From Mycobacteriales bacterium (lineage in GTDB: Bacteria; Actinomycetota; Actinomycetes; BP-191), in assembly GCA_036382875.1 (NCBI GenBank), contig DASVPJ010000042.1, forward strand, positions 51,859 through 115,858: a stretch of DNA of 64,000 nucleotides, in the 5' to 3' direction. Of the stretch, positions 18,179 to 31,617 are shown piece after piece. The translations under genes and the position numbers were made by a program. The notes under the pieces were generated by a model, which saw only the letters and a list, made by a program, of their open reading frames with translations, was not told the origin of the DNA and did no database searches. Numbering within the stretch: position 1 is the stretch's first letter; every line of letters starts with the position of its first letter.

Positions 18179-19287
18179 CGCGAGACCAGGGGGAACGCGT
18201 CCTTCCAGACCGGCTCGTAGCCGGCCTCCTCGAGCATCCGCGCGACGTCGGCCGGCGAGCGCTCGTCCGAGACGGCGAACTGCTCCTGCGCCTCGCCGGG
18301 GTGCGAGTAGCCGCCCGGCTCGGTCGAGGAGCCGGCGCTCAGGTGGGTGACCGCGATGCGGACGAGCCCGTCGCGCAGCGCGGCCGGCTCGCGGGTGGAC
18401 AGCACGATGCCGGCCTCGGGCTCGTAGAGGCGCAGCGCGGCGAGCGCCTGCACGTACTGCCGGTCGGTGACCGGCACCAGCGGCTGGTAGCCGGACGCGC
18501 TCGGCTTGATGCGCGGCAGCGCGACCGTCACCTCGGTGCGCCACCAGCGCCGGACGAGGAACGCCGCGTGCGCGCCGACCGCGAGGACGTCGGCGCGCCA
18601 GTCCTCGGCGAGGCCGAGCAGCGCGCCGAGGCCGAGCCGGCGGACGCCCGCGTCGGCGGCGCGTTCGGTGGAGGCGAGGCGGCGGTCGAAGTCGCGCTTC
18701 CAGCCCGCGACGTGGACCTCGCGGTAGCGCGCCCGGTCGTACGTCTCCTGGTAGTGCACGACGCCCTCGACGCCCGCCGCGACCAGGCGGGCGTAGGTGT
18801 CGTCGCTCCACGTCTGGGTCTCGATCGAGATGCTCGGGACGAACGCCGCCAGCCGCTCGACGACCTCCACGAGGTAGTCCTGGCTCACCTCCAGCCGGTG
18901 CTCGCCGGCGACGAGCAGCAGGTGCCGGAAGCCGCGTTCCGTGAGCAGCCGCGCCTCCGCCTCGACCTCGTCGGGCGTCAGCGTGCGGCGGGTCACGTCG
19001 AGGCCCTTGGCGAAGCCGCAGTACGTGCACGTGGACAGGCAGGCGTTGGAGACGTAGAGCGGCGCGAACAGCCGCACCGCCTTGCCGAACCGCGTCGTCG
19101 TCAACGCCGCCGCCGCCTGGGCCAGCTCCTCGACCCGCTCCTCCGCGCGCGGCGAGAGCAGCGCGGCGAGGTCGCGCAGGTCACGCCGCTCGCGGCGCAG
19201 CGCGGCGGTGACGTCGGCGTCGGTGGCGTCGAGCGCGGAGAGCGTGCCGAGGTCGAGGCCGGCCAGCTCGGCGGCGAACTCCGTCAC
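18175..19287 (-). CDS. thiH: 2-iminoacetate synthase (radical SAM tyrosine lyase)
   Basis: Radical-SAM motif [16 protein letters not shown], typical of ThiH. Adjacent to thiG. 370 aa. The GTG start overlaps the thiG stop. Confidence 0.7.
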   Translation of the reverse strand: MTEFAAELAGLDLGTLSALDATDADVTAALRRERRDLRDLAALLSPRAEERVEELAQAAAALTTTRFGKAVRLFAPLYVSNACLSTCTYCGFAKGLDVTRRTLTPDEVEAEARLLTERGFRHLLLVAGEHRLEVSQDYLVEVVERLAAFVPSISIETQTWSDDTYARLVAAGVEGVVHYQETYDRARYREVHVAGWKRDFDRRLASTERAADAGVRRLGLGALLGLAEDWRADVLAVGAHAAFLVRRWWRTEVTVALPRIKPSASGYQPLVPVTDRQYVQALAALRLYEPEAGIVLSTREPAALRDGLVRIAVTHLSAGSSTEPGGYSHPGEAQEQFAVSDERSPADVARMLEEAGYEPVWKDAFPLVSR

Positions 19288-20060
19288 GACAGGAACCCGG
19301 TCAGCGGGCTGCTCGCCTCCGCCTCGCCGCGTACCGCGGCGCGGCCGGCGTGCCAGGCGAGGCGGCCGGCCTCGACGCCCTGGGCGAACGCCCGCGCCAT
19401 CAGCACCGGGTCGCGCGCCACCGAGATCGCGGTGTTGACCAGGCACGCGTCGGCGCCGATCTCCATCGCGGCCGCCGCGTCGCTCGGCACGCCGAGCCCG
19501 GCGTCCACGACCACCGGCACGGTCGCCTGCGCGACGATGATCTCGATCGCGTCGCGGGTCCGCAGGCCGCGGTTCGAGCCGATCCACGAGCCGAGCGGCA
19601 TGACCGTGGCGCAGCCCGCCTCCTCCAGCCGCTTGCAGAGCACCGGGTCGGCGGAGCAGTACGGGAGGACGGTGAACCCGTCGTTCACCATCAGCTCGGC
19701 GGCCCGCAGCGTCTCGATCGGGTCGGGCGCGAGCCAGCGCGGGTCCGGGGTGACCTCCAGCTTCACGAAGTCCGGCATCCCGCCGGCCCGGGCGAGCCGG
19801 GCCAGCCGCAGCGCCTCCTCGGCGTTGACCGCGCCGGAGGTGTTCGGGAGGAGGAGCACGTGCTCCGGCAGGAAGTCGAGGATGTCGCCCTCGCCGGCCT
19901 TGGTGACGTCCACCCGGCGCAGCGCGACCGTGACGATCTCGGTGCCGCTCGCCTCGACCGCCGCGCGCATCACGGCGTGCGACGGGAACTTGCCCGTGCC
20001 GAGCAGCAGCCGCGACGCGAACGAGCGCGTGCCGATGACGAGCGGGTCGTCGGGGGTCAC
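19284..20060 (-). CDS. thiG: Thiazole synthase
   Basis: 257-aa protein with typical ThiG sequence ([28 protein letters not shown]). Confidence 0.85.
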   Translation of the reverse strand: MTPDDPLVIGTRSFASRLLLGTGKFPSHAVMRAAVEASGTEIVTVALRRVDVTKAGEGDILDFLPEHVLLLPNTSGAVNAEEALRLARLARAGGMPDFVKLEVTPDPRWLAPDPIETLRAAELMVNDGFTVLPYCSADPVLCKRLEEAGCATVMPLGSWIGSNRGLRTRDAIEIIVAQATVPVVVDAGLGVPSDAAAAMEIGADACLVNTAISVARDPVLMARAFAQGVEAGRLAWHAGRAAVRGEAEASSPLTGFLS

Positions 20061-20071
20061 GACTGACCAGC

Positions 20072-20185
20072 CTACGCGTCGGGTCCGCGGCCCCGGACGC
20101 GACGGAGCAGGACGGCCGCGACGACGAGGAGCACGGCGACGACGCCGACCGTCTGGGGCAGGCCGGTGCTCGCGAGGACGTCCAT
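20072..20185 (-). CDS. Possible small hydrophobic peptide (37 aa) upstream of thiG
   Basis: ATG-initiated [40 protein letters not shown]. No RBS or homology support. Confidence 0.2.
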   Translation of the reverse strand: MDVLASTGLPQTVGVVAVLLVVAAVLLRRVRGRGPDA

Positions 20186-20195
20186 GGCCGCCACG

Positions 20196-20531
20196 CTAGA
20201 TGCCCGGGTCGGCGAGCCGCAACGAGTTGAGCCGGGTCTCCGTCGCGTCGATCTGCGCGACGACCGACGCGACGCTCGGCGGGACGGCCACGTCGGCGTC
20301 GCTGTACAGGAAGATGTTGAGGACGTCGTTCGCGCCGACCTGCAGGCCGCGGGTCACGCAGTACTCCCCCAGCGCGAACTCCCACGAGAACACCCCGCCC
20401 GACTCGTCGTCGGCGACGTGGCAGTAGTACGTGAGGAACCGGTTGCCCTGCAGCGCGTAGTGGCGCACGCCGCCGCGGCCCTCCGACTGGAAGACGAACC
20501 CGATCGACTCCAGGTCGTCGACGAACGCCAC
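20196..20531 (-). CDS. Hypothetical protein (111 aa)
   Basis: GTG start with a strong RBS AGGAGGTA. Non-biased amino-acid composition, unlike the GC-frame artefacts. Confidence 0.5.
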   Translation of the reverse strand: MAFVDDLESIGFVFQSEGRGGVRHYALQGNRFLTYYCHVADDESGGVFSWEFALGEYCVTRGLQVGANDVLNIFLYSDADVAVPPSVASVVAQIDATETRLNSLRLADPGI

Positions 20532-20534
20532 GCG

Positions 20535-21485
20535 CTACCTCCTGCGGACGACCGGATCCACGCCGTTCACCACATCCTGCACGGGCTCGCCGGAGACCGC
20601 CCGGCGGAGGTTCGCCTGGACGGCGAGCGCGATCCGCAGCCGGGCCTGCGCCGTCGCGCCGGCCACGTGCGGCGACAGCAGCACCCGGTCGTGCGCGCGC
20701 AGCGGGGAGCCCTCCGACAGGGGCTCGCTGTCGTAGACGTCGAGCGCGGCGCCGAGCAGGTGCCCGTCGTCCAGCAGCCGGAGCAGCGCGTCCTCGGAGA
20801 CGATGCCGCCGCGCGCGGCGTTGACCACCACCGCGCCGGGCGGCAGCCGCCGCAACGCCTCCTCGCCGAGCAGCCCACGGGTCGTCTCGCCGAGCGCGAT
20901 GACGACGACGAGCACGTCGCTGCGCGCGAGCAGCTCGTCCAGCTCTGGCAGGCAGGCCGGGTCGCCCGGGCGCGGGGTGCGCGTCCAGTACGCGACGTCG
21001 CAGCCGAACGCGCGGAACCGTTCGGCGCACAGCGCGCCGATGGCGCCGTAGCCGACGATGCCGACCCGCCGCCCGGCCAGCTCCAGGCAGCCGCGGGCGG
21101 CCAGGTCGAGCTGCGGCCACCGCCCGGCGCGCACCTCGGCGTCGGCCCACAGCAGGCTGCGGCTCGCGGCGAGCGCGGCCATGACGCACCACTCGGCGAC
21201 GGCGACGGCGTTGACGCCCGCGGTGTTGGCGACGGGGATGCCGGCCGCCGCGCACGCGGCGAGGTCGAGGTGCTCGACGCCGACCGTCGGCTGCTGCACG
21301 AACGCCAGCCGCGGCGCCGCGGCCACCAGCGCCGCGTCCACCTTCAGCAGGCCGGTGAAGTCGCCCAGCAGCAGGTCGGCGTCGGCGACGGCCGCGCGGG
21401 CGGCCTCGGAGGTCCGTTCCTCGGGCACGACGACCGAGACGGGCAGGTCCGGGGCGAAGCCGCGCACCGCCTCGGCGGGCATCGG
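20535..21485 (-). CDS. D-isomer-specific 2-hydroxyacid dehydrogenase
   Basis: NAD-binding motif GIVGYGAIG plus a catalytic His region. About 316 aa from the internal Met. Confidence 0.7.
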   Translation of the reverse strand, partial: PMPAEAVRGFAPDLPVSVVVPEERTSEAARAAVADADLLLGDFTGLLKVDAALVAAAPRLAFVQQPTVGVEHLDLAACAAAGIPVANTAGVNAVAVAEWCVMAALAASRSLLWADAEVRAGRWPQLDLAARGCLELAGRRVGIVGYGAIGALCAERFRAFGCDVAYWTRTPRPGDPACLPELDELLARSDVLVVVIALGETTRGLLGEEALRRLPPGAVVVNAARGGIVSEDALLRLLDDGHLLGAALDVYDSEPLSEGSPLRAHDRVLLSPHVAGATAQARLRIALAVQANLRRAVSGEPVQDVVNGVDPVVRRR

Positions 21486-21709
21486 GACCAACGCGGCCAG
21501 CCGCCACTCGCGGTCGGGGTCGGGGTCGGGCTGCACGCCCGCACCGTACGACGCGCGCGGCCCTGCCCGGAGCGGTTGCCGTCCCAGGAGCACCACTTGT
21601 CACATCTGTCCCACGTCGCGTACCGTCCTCGGGTGCGGCAGGGGAAGGCCGCCTCGCGTCCGCGCGCGATCAGTCCGGGTCGCGCCGCTGCCCAGAGGCA
21701 CTACCGCTG

Positions 21710-22636
21710 ATGACCGAGCCGACCGACACCACGACCGTCCACGCGCCCGCCCCGTCGCGGGGCGCCGCGCGGCCGACCGCGCCGCGCCGCCGCGCGCTGC
21801 GCGTCCTCCTCGTGCCGCTCCTCCTCGCGCTCGTCGCGGGCGCGTCGGCGAGCGGGTGGGTCCGGGTGCGCCGCGGCGACACGCTGAGCGAGCTCGCCCG
21901 CGAGCACGGCACGACGGTCGAGGCGCTGCGCACGCTCAACAAGCTGCCCGGCAACAACCTCATCTACGAGGGCCAGCTCCTGCGCGTCGGCACCGTCCCG
22001 ACCGTCGCGACGAGCGCCCCGAAGGCGCGGCCGACGAGCAGGCGGGTGGACGTGACGTACGTCGTCCGCCCGGGCGACGGCGTGTACCGCATCGCCAGCC
22101 GCTACCGCGCCGACCCGAAGTGGATCGCGCGGATCAACCACCTCCCGAGGTCGTGGATGGTCCACCCCGGGCAGCGCCTCGTCGTGGGCTTCGCGTACGT
22201 ACGGATCGCCGCGCCCGCGACGCGGCAGGCGGGCCGGCGGGTGCCGAAGCCGTACGTTCGCGACCTCGTCGTGCGCAACGCCCGCCGCTACGGCGTCGAC
22301 CCGGCGCTCGCGCTGGCGCTGGCGTACAACGAGTCGGGCTGGCAGCAGCACGTGGTGTCCAGCGTCGGCGCGCTCGGCGTCATGCAGGTGATGCCCGGCA
22401 CCGGCGAGTGGGTGTCGCGCTACCTCGCCGGGCGGCGGCTCGACCTGCGCGACGTGGAGGACAACGTCGAGGCGGGCGTGCGGTACTTCGCGCTGCTGCG
22501 GCGGGTGGCCGGGCGCGACGACCTCGCGCTGGCCGGCTACTACCAGGGCCTGGCGAGCGTCCGGAAGCGCGGGATGTACGACGACACCAAGGCGTACGTC
22601 CGCAACATCCTCGCGCTGCGCGGGCGCTTCGCCTGA
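21710..22636 (+). CDS. LysM-domain lytic transglycosylase (two LysM plus an SLT domain)
   Basis: LysM repeats (RRGDTLSELAREHGTTVEALRTLN; VRPGDGVYRIASRY) and the SLT motif AYNESGWQ...GALGVMQVMP. Confidence 0.75.
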   Translation: MTEPTDTTTVHAPAPSRGAARPTAPRRRALRVLLVPLLLALVAGASASGWVRVRRGDTLSELAREHGTTVEALRTLNKLPGNNLIYEGQLLRVGTVPTVATSAPKARPTSRRVDVTYVVRPGDGVYRIASRYRADPKWIARINHLPRSWMVHPGQRLVVGFAYVRIAAPATRQAGRRVPKPYVRDLVVRNARRYGVDPALALALAYNESGWQQHVVSSVGALGVMQVMPGTGEWVSRYLAGRRLDLRDVEDNVEAGVRYFALLRRVAGRDDLALAGYYQGLASVRKRGMYDDTKAYVRNILALRGRFA

Positions 22637-22666
22637 GCCGTACACACGGAAGCGGCACCTAGACTC

Positions 22667-24553
22667 GTGAGCGTGGACACCTCGACCGCCGACCCGTTGA
22701 TCGGGACGGTGCTCGACGGCCGTTACCGGCTCGACGCGCGCATCGCGCGGGGCGGCATGGCCACCGTCTACGCGGGCTTCGACCTGCGGCTGGACCGCGC
22801 GGTCGCGGTGAAGGTGATGCACGCGTCGCTGGCCGAGGACGAGGCGTTCGTCGAACGGTTCCGCAGCGAGGCGAAGTCGGCCGCCCGGCTCAGCCACCCC
22901 GGCGTCGTCGCGATCTACGACCAGGGCGAGGACGCCGGGCGGGTGTACCTCGTCATGGAGCACGTCACCGGCACGACGCTCCGCGCGCTGCTGCGCGAGC
23001 ACGGCCGGCTCTCCCCCGCGCAGGCGCTGGAGATCGCCGAAGGCGTGCTGCTCGCGCTCGCCGCCGCGCACGAGGCCGGCCTGGTGCACCGCGACGTGAA
23101 GCCGGAGAACGTCCTGGTGACCACCGGCGGCGCGGTCAAGGTCGCCGACTTCGGGCTGGCCCGGGCGATCGAGGCGACGCACCACACGGTCGCCGACGGC
23201 ACGCTGCTCGGCACCGTGGCGTACCTCGCGCCCGAGCAGGTCGCGACCGGCGCGGCCGACCCGCGCGCGGACCTGTACGCGCTGGGCGTCGTGCTGTTCG
23301 AGATGCTGACCGGGCGGGTGCCGTTCGAGGGCGGCACGCCGCTCGCGGTGGCGTACCGGCACGTCAACGAGGACGTTCCCGACGCGATCGAGGTCGAGCC
23401 CACCGTGCCGCGCGTCGCGGCCAACGTCGTGCGCGCCGCGACCCGCCGCGACGTGGACGAGCGCTACCCCGACGCGCAGGCGATGCTCTCCGCCGTCCGC
23501 CGCGCGCGCGGCGCGCTCGGCAACGCCGACACCGCGGTCGTCGACCTGACCGAGGCGCCGACGCTCGTCACCCGGCTGCCCGCGACGCCGCCGCCGGCGC
23601 CGCCCAAGGCGGCCAAGTCCGCCACGGCGAAGCCGCCGCCGAAGCCGGAGGGCCAGCCCGAACGCGCCCGGCGCCGCCTGCTCGTCTTCGCGGCGATCGC
23701 GGCCGTCGTGCTGCTGGTCTCCGGCGTCACCGGCTGGGTGCTCGCCCGGTCGGCCGCCGACGGACCGGTCGGCGCGCCGCGCCTGGTCGGCCTGAGCCAG
23801 GCCGACGCGATGCGGGTGGCCGGCGAGGCCGGGCTCACCGTCAAGGTCGGCCAGCCGGTGAACAGCGACACGGTCAAGGCCGGCGACGTCGTCTCGCAGG
23901 ACCCGCCGCCCGGCACCGAGCTCGGCAAGGGCGGGGTCGTCACGATCCGCGTCTCCGCGGGCGTGCGGATGGTCACCGTGCCCGGCGTGCTCGGCAAGAC
24001 CGAGGCGCAGGCGCGGTCGCTGCTGGAGAAGGCCGACCTGAAGGTGGCGGTGACCAGGCAGCACTCGGAGCAGGTCGCCAAGGGGATCGTCGTCTCGTCG
24101 TCGCAGCCGGCCAACGCCCGCCTCCCGCACGGCACGACGGTGACGCTCGTCGTCAGCGACGGCCCGCCGCCGGTCAGCGTGCCGAACGTCGTCGGCAAGA
24201 ACGTCGAGGACGCGCGCGCGGCGCTGCGCAAGGCCGGGCTCGACCCCAAGGTGACGCTGGAGTTCAGCGAGACCGTGCCGAAGGACCAGGTCATCGCGCA
24301 GACGCCGACCGGCGGGCAGCTCCCCAAGGGCTCGACGGTGACGTTGCGGGTCTCCAAGGGCCCGCCGGTCGTGACGGTCCCGGACGTGCGCGGCGAGCGC
24401 GAGGCCGAGGCGCGGCGCAAGCTGGAGGCGCTGGGCCTGGTGGTGCAGGTGCAGCACGTCCGCAACGGCCAGGGCCAGATCGTGCTCGACCAGGACCCGC
24501 GCGGCGGCACCGTCGTCCGGGTCGGCAGCACGGTCACGCTCGCGCTGTTCTGA
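22667..24553 (+). CDS. Ser/Thr protein kinase with four C-terminal PASTA domains (PknB-like)
   Basis: Kinase motifs (VAVKVM, HRDVKPEN, DFGLA), a TM segment, then four PASTA repeats. Confidence 0.85.
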   Translation: MSVDTSTADPLIGTVLDGRYRLDARIARGGMATVYAGFDLRLDRAVAVKVMHASLAEDEAFVERFRSEAKSAARLSHPGVVAIYDQGEDAGRVYLVMEHVTGTTLRALLREHGRLSPAQALEIAEGVLLALAAAHEAGLVHRDVKPENVLVTTGGAVKVADFGLARAIEATHHTVADGTLLGTVAYLAPEQVATGAADPRADLYALGVVLFEMLTGRVPFEGGTPLAVAYRHVNEDVPDAIEVEPTVPRVAANVVRAATRRDVDERYPDAQAMLSAVRRARGALGNADTAVVDLTEAPTLVTRLPATPPPAPPKAAKSATAKPPPKPEGQPERARRRLLVFAAIAAVVLLVSGVTGWVLARSAADGPVGAPRLVGLSQADAMRVAGEAGLTVKVGQPVNSDTVKAGDVVSQDPPPGTELGKGGVVTIRVSAGVRMVTVPGVLGKTEAQARSLLEKADLKVAVTRQHSEQVAKGIVVSSSQPANARLPHGTTVTLVVSDGPPPVSVPNVVGKNVEDARAALRKAGLDPKVTLEFSETVPKDQVIAQTPTGGQLPKGSTVTLRVSKGPPVVTVPDVRGEREAEARRKLEALGLVVQVQHVRNGQGQIVLDQDPRGGTVVRVGSTVTLALF

Positions 24554-24586
24554 ACGCTCCCCCGGCGGCTTGCTAGCCTGCCGGAC

Positions 24587-25462
24587 GTGCCGCCCCGCAA
24601 GCCTTCCCCGGTCGGGGCCCACATCTTCGTCGGCGGGGGACTCGCGAAGGTCGGGCTGCCGTACGCGCGCGACATCGGCGCCGAGGTCGTCCAGGTGTTC
24701 GTCTCGAACCCGCGCGGCTGGGCGCTGGGCCCCGGCGACCCCGCGCAGGACCGCGCGTTCCGCGACGGCTGCGACGCCGGTGGCATCGGCGTCTACGTCC
24801 ACGCGCCGTACCTCATCAACTTCGGCTCCCCCACCCCGGCGACGCTGGAGAAGTCCGCGGAGTGCTTGCGGCACTCGATCCGCCGCGGCCGCGAGATCGG
24901 CGCGCTCGGCGTCGTCGTGCACGCCGGCTGCGAGGTCGTCGGCAACGGCTACGACGCCGCGATGGCGCAGGTCCGCGAGCACCTGCGCCCCATCGCCGAG
25001 GAGCTGCGCGACGGCGACCCCGACCTGCTGGTCGAGCTCACCGCCGGCGCGCGCGGCAGCCTCTGCGCGTCGCCGGAGTCGATCCCGGCGTACCTCGACG
25101 CGCTCGACCACCACCCGCGCGTCGGCCTCTGCATCGACACCTGCCACGCGATGGCGGCGGGGCACGACGTGGCCAAGCCCGGCGGCCTGCGGACGTTCCT
25201 CTCCGCGGTCGCCAAGCACGGCGGGCGCGGCCGGCTGCGACTCGTGCACGCGAACGACTCCAAGGACCCGGTGGGCTCCGGCCGCGACCGGCACGAGGTG
25301 CTCGGCAAGGGCACGATCGGGCTGGACGCGTTCCGCGAGCTGTTCGTGCACCCGGCCATGAAGGGCGTCCCGGTCCTCATGGAGACGCCCGGCGTCGTCG
25401 CCGAGCACCGGCGCGACGTGCGCGCGCTGAAGCGGCTGCGTTCCGAGGCGCTCGCCCGGTGA
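24587..25462 (+). CDS. nfo: Deoxyribonuclease IV (endonuclease IV)
   Basis: AP endonuclease family 2 / TIM-barrel motifs (VHAPYLINFGSP, CIDTCHAMAAGHD). Confidence 0.8.
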   Translation: MPPRKPSPVGAHIFVGGGLAKVGLPYARDIGAEVVQVFVSNPRGWALGPGDPAQDRAFRDGCDAGGIGVYVHAPYLINFGSPTPATLEKSAECLRHSIRRGREIGALGVVVHAGCEVVGNGYDAAMAQVREHLRPIAEELRDGDPDLLVELTAGARGSLCASPESIPAYLDALDHHPRVGLCIDTCHAMAAGHDVAKPGGLRTFLSAVAKHGGRGRLRLVHANDSKDPVGSGRDRHEVLGKGTIGLDAFRELFVHPAMKGVPVLMETPGVVAEHRRDVRALKRLRSEALAR

Positions 25463-25878
25463 CGGTCTGGAAGCGCTTCGCGGACCTGACGCCGTACGAG
25501 GTCTACGCGATCCTCCGGCTGCGGATCGACGTGTTCGCGGTCGAGCAGTGGTGCGTCTACCAGGACCTCGACGGCCGCGACCTCGAGCCCTCGACCTGGC
25601 ACGGGTGGGCCGAGGAGGGCGGCGAGATCGTGTCGTACCTGCGCGTCCTCAACGACCCGCCGCGCGAGGTGATCGGCCGGGTCGTCACGACTCCGGCCGC
25701 GCGCGGCCGCGGGCTGGGCGCGGCGCTGATGCGCGAGGCGCTGGACCGCACGTCGCGGCCGGTGCGGATCGAGGCGCAGTCGTACCTGCGGGACTGGTAC
25801 GGGGCGTTCGGGTTCGTGCCCTGCGGGCCGGAGTACCTGGAGGACGGGATCCCGCACACGCCGATGGTGGTTGAGTAG
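25459..25878 (+). CDS. GNAT family N-acetyltransferase (ElaA-like)
   Basis: GTGA overlap with nfo. RGRGLGAALM motif. Confidence 0.7.
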   Translation: MTVWKRFADLTPYEVYAILRLRIDVFAVEQWCVYQDLDGRDLEPSTWHGWAEEGGEIVSYLRVLNDPPREVIGRVVTTPAARGRGLGAALMREALDRTSRPVRIEAQSYLRDWYGAFGFVPCGPEYLEDGIPHTPMVVE

Positions 25879-25883
25879 GGCTC

Positions 25884-26900
25884 ATGGTCGTGGTGATGAA
25901 GGGCGACGCCGCGCCCGAGCACATCCAGGCGGTCGTCGACGTCGTGAGCGAGGCGGGCGGCTCGGCGTTCGTGTCGCGCGGCGTGACGCGAACGATCGTC
26001 GGGCTCGTCGGCGACGTGGCGCTGTTCCAGACGCTGAACCTCGGCGCGCTCCCCGGCGTGCAGGACGTCATCCGCATCTCGCAGCCGTACAAGCTCGTCT
26101 CCCGCGAGTCGCACCCGACGCCGTCCACCGTGCTCGTCGGCGGCGTCCCGATCGGTCCGGAGACCGCGACGCTGATCGCCGGGCCGTGCGCGGTCGAGAC
26201 GCCGGAGCAGACGCTGGCCGCGGCCGAGATGGCCAAGCGGGCCGGCGCGGCGCTGCTGCGCGGCGGGGCGTACAAGCCGCGGACGTCGCCGTACGCGTTC
26301 CAGGGGCTCGGCGAGAAGGGGCTGCGGATCCTCGCCGAGGTACGCGACGAGGTCGGCCTCCCCGTCGTGACCGAGGTGGTCGAGGCGGCCGACGTGGACC
26401 TGGTGGCGACGTACGCCGACATGCTCCAGATCGGCACCCGCAACATGCAGAACTTCTCGCTGCTCCAGGCCGTCGGGACCGCCGGCAAGCCGGTGCTGCT
26501 CAAGCGCGGCCTCAACGCCACCATCGAGGAGTGGCTGATGGCGGCGGAGTACGTCGCCCAGCGCGGCAACCTGCACATCGTGCTGTGCGAGCGCGGCATC
26601 AGGACGTTCGAGCCGGCCACCCGCAACACGCTCGACGTGAGCGCCGTGCCGCTCGTGCACTCGCTCTCGCACCTGCCGGTGATCGTCGACCCGTCGCACG
26701 CGGCCGGCCGCCGCGACCTCGTCGTGCCGCTCGCCCGCGCGGCGCTCGCCATCGGCGCGGACGGCGTGATCGTGGACGTGCACCCGCACCCCGAGCAGGC
26801 GCTGTGCGACGGGCCGCAGGCGCTGGTCGACACCGACCTCGCCGAGCTCGCGGAGGCGATGCGTACGCTGCCGCCGCTGCTCGGCCGCCGTACGTCCTAG
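25884..26900 (+). CDS. 3-deoxy-7-phosphoheptulonate synthase, type I-beta (with an N-terminal regulatory extension)
   Basis: DAHP/KDO8P synthase family core (GPCAVE, KPRTSPYAFQGLGEKGL, VDPSH). Confidence 0.8.
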   Translation: MVVVMKGDAAPEHIQAVVDVVSEAGGSAFVSRGVTRTIVGLVGDVALFQTLNLGALPGVQDVIRISQPYKLVSRESHPTPSTVLVGGVPIGPETATLIAGPCAVETPEQTLAAAEMAKRAGAALLRGGAYKPRTSPYAFQGLGEKGLRILAEVRDEVGLPVVTEVVEAADVDLVATYADMLQIGTRNMQNFSLLQAVGTAGKPVLLKRGLNATIEEWLMAAEYVAQRGNLHIVLCERGIRTFEPATRNTLDVSAVPLVHSLSHLPVIVDPSHAAGRRDLVVPLARAALAIGADGVIVDVHPHPEQALCDGPQALVDTDLAELAEAMRTLPPLLGRRTS

Positions 26901-26910
26901 CGCGGCCGGC

Positions 26911-27299
26911 TCACGGCGCGGCCCAGGTCACCTGGACCGTCGTCTCCGCGGTCTCCCCGCCCGGCGTCCGCGCGGTCACCCGGACGGCCATCGTGTCGCC
27001 GGGCTGGAGCGGCACCGCGGGGCCGTTGCCGACCTTGACGACGGGATGCGTCGCCGGACCCGCGGGCACGGTCGCGGGCGGTGGCTGCACCCGCGCGGTG
27101 TCCGCCTCCACGTTGAGGGTGATGCCGGTCGCCGACAGCCGCTGCTCGCCGGCCAGCCGGGGCAGGAGGGCGCCGGCCAGCAGGAGACCCGCCCCGACGA
27201 CCATCGCGGCCACCGAGAACGCGCCGTCGCGGTGCAGCACGACGGCGACGACGACCAGGCCGGCGCCGGCCACCCTGATCGGCCACGCCGCGGCCTGCA

Positions 27300-27300
<1 letters not shown>
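26911..27300 (-). CDS. Hypothetical membrane-anchored protein (about 130 aa)
   Basis: The GTG start abuts the ltaE stop. One TM segment, then a Pro-rich extracytoplasmic region. Confidence 0.4.
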
Positions 27301-28328
<1,028 letters not shown>

Positions 28329-28372
28329 CGATCTAAGGTAGTACGCGTTCCTCGAAGGGGGGCTCCCGGCCC

Positions 28373-31025
<2,653 letters not shown>

Positions 31026-31094
31026 CTACGGGTGTGCGCCCGCCCCGGCCGGGTATCGCGACCTGAGGACACCGAACGTTCGGAAGGAGCCGAG

Positions 31095-31418
31095 ATGGCG
31101 CAGGGCCAGAGCGAGGTCACCAGCAACCTGTTCTACGACCTGGTGAGCATCCAGTACCACGCCCTCAAGGGGCAGGAGCTGTACCAGCGCTTCGCCAAGG
31201 ACGCGCAGGGCAACACGGAGGTCACGCAGTTCTTCGACGAGATCCGCCAGCAGGACATCCAGCGCGCGCAGCGCTGCCACCAGCTCCTCGCGACGCTGAG
31301 CGGCACCGGCACGGGCGGCACCGGCGGCACGGGCGGCGGCACGGCGGAGCCGTACCCGGCCGACGGCCAGACGACGGGCCAGACCACCGGCCAGACGTCG
31401 GGCGCCGGCATCGGCTAG
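31095..31418 (+). CDS. Hypothetical small protein (107 aa) with a Gly/Thr-rich C-terminal tail
   Basis: ATG with a strong RBS GGAAGGAG. Non-biased N-terminal 70 aa, then GTGTGGTGGTGGGT...TTGQTTGQTSG. Confidence 0.5.
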   Translation: MAQGQSEVTSNLFYDLVSIQYHALKGQELYQRFAKDAQGNTEVTQFFDEIRQQDIQRAQRCHQLLATLSGTGTGGTGGTGGGTAEPYPADGQTTGQTTGQTSGAGIG

Positions 31419-31433
31419 CTCGCCTGTCACCTC

Positions 31434-31465
31434 GACGGCCGGGTCCCTCGCGGGCCCGGCCGTCG
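31434..31465 (+). terminator. GC-rich hairpin (gacggccgggtccc-tcgc-gggcccggccgtc) downstream of the small gene; possible intrinsic terminator without a U-tract
   Basis: Near-perfect 13-14-bp inverted repeat seen directly, 16 nt after the stop codon. Confidence 0.3.
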
Positions 31466-31617
31466 TCGCGTTCCGGGGACCCGCCGCGCCGCCGCCGCGC
31501 CGCCGCGCCCCGCCGTCGCTCCACCGCCGCGCCGCCGCCGCCTCCCTCCCCTCCCCTCCGTCCACAGATTCGCCGTCGGCCCGTTCTCCACAGCCCGCGG
31601 CCGGTTTCCTGTGACGG

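Noticed and set aside
20072-20185. The 37-aa peptide upstream of thiG as ThiS
   Set aside because: It has no C-terminal Gly-Gly, is hydrophobic and TM-like, and a bona fide ThiS (…VAGG) exists at 13493-13693. It is kept only as a low-confidence small ORF.
21486-21709. Possible TPP riboswitch in the 225-bp divergent region upstream of the dehydrogenase-thiGH operon, and also upstream of thiE-thiS
   Set aside because: I compared by eye with the THI-element core (GGGGTGCC...GCTGAGA...ACCTGATCCGGATAATGCCGGCGTAGGGA). Only a weak CTGATC match is present and there is no CTGAGA box. It is not callable without cmsearch.
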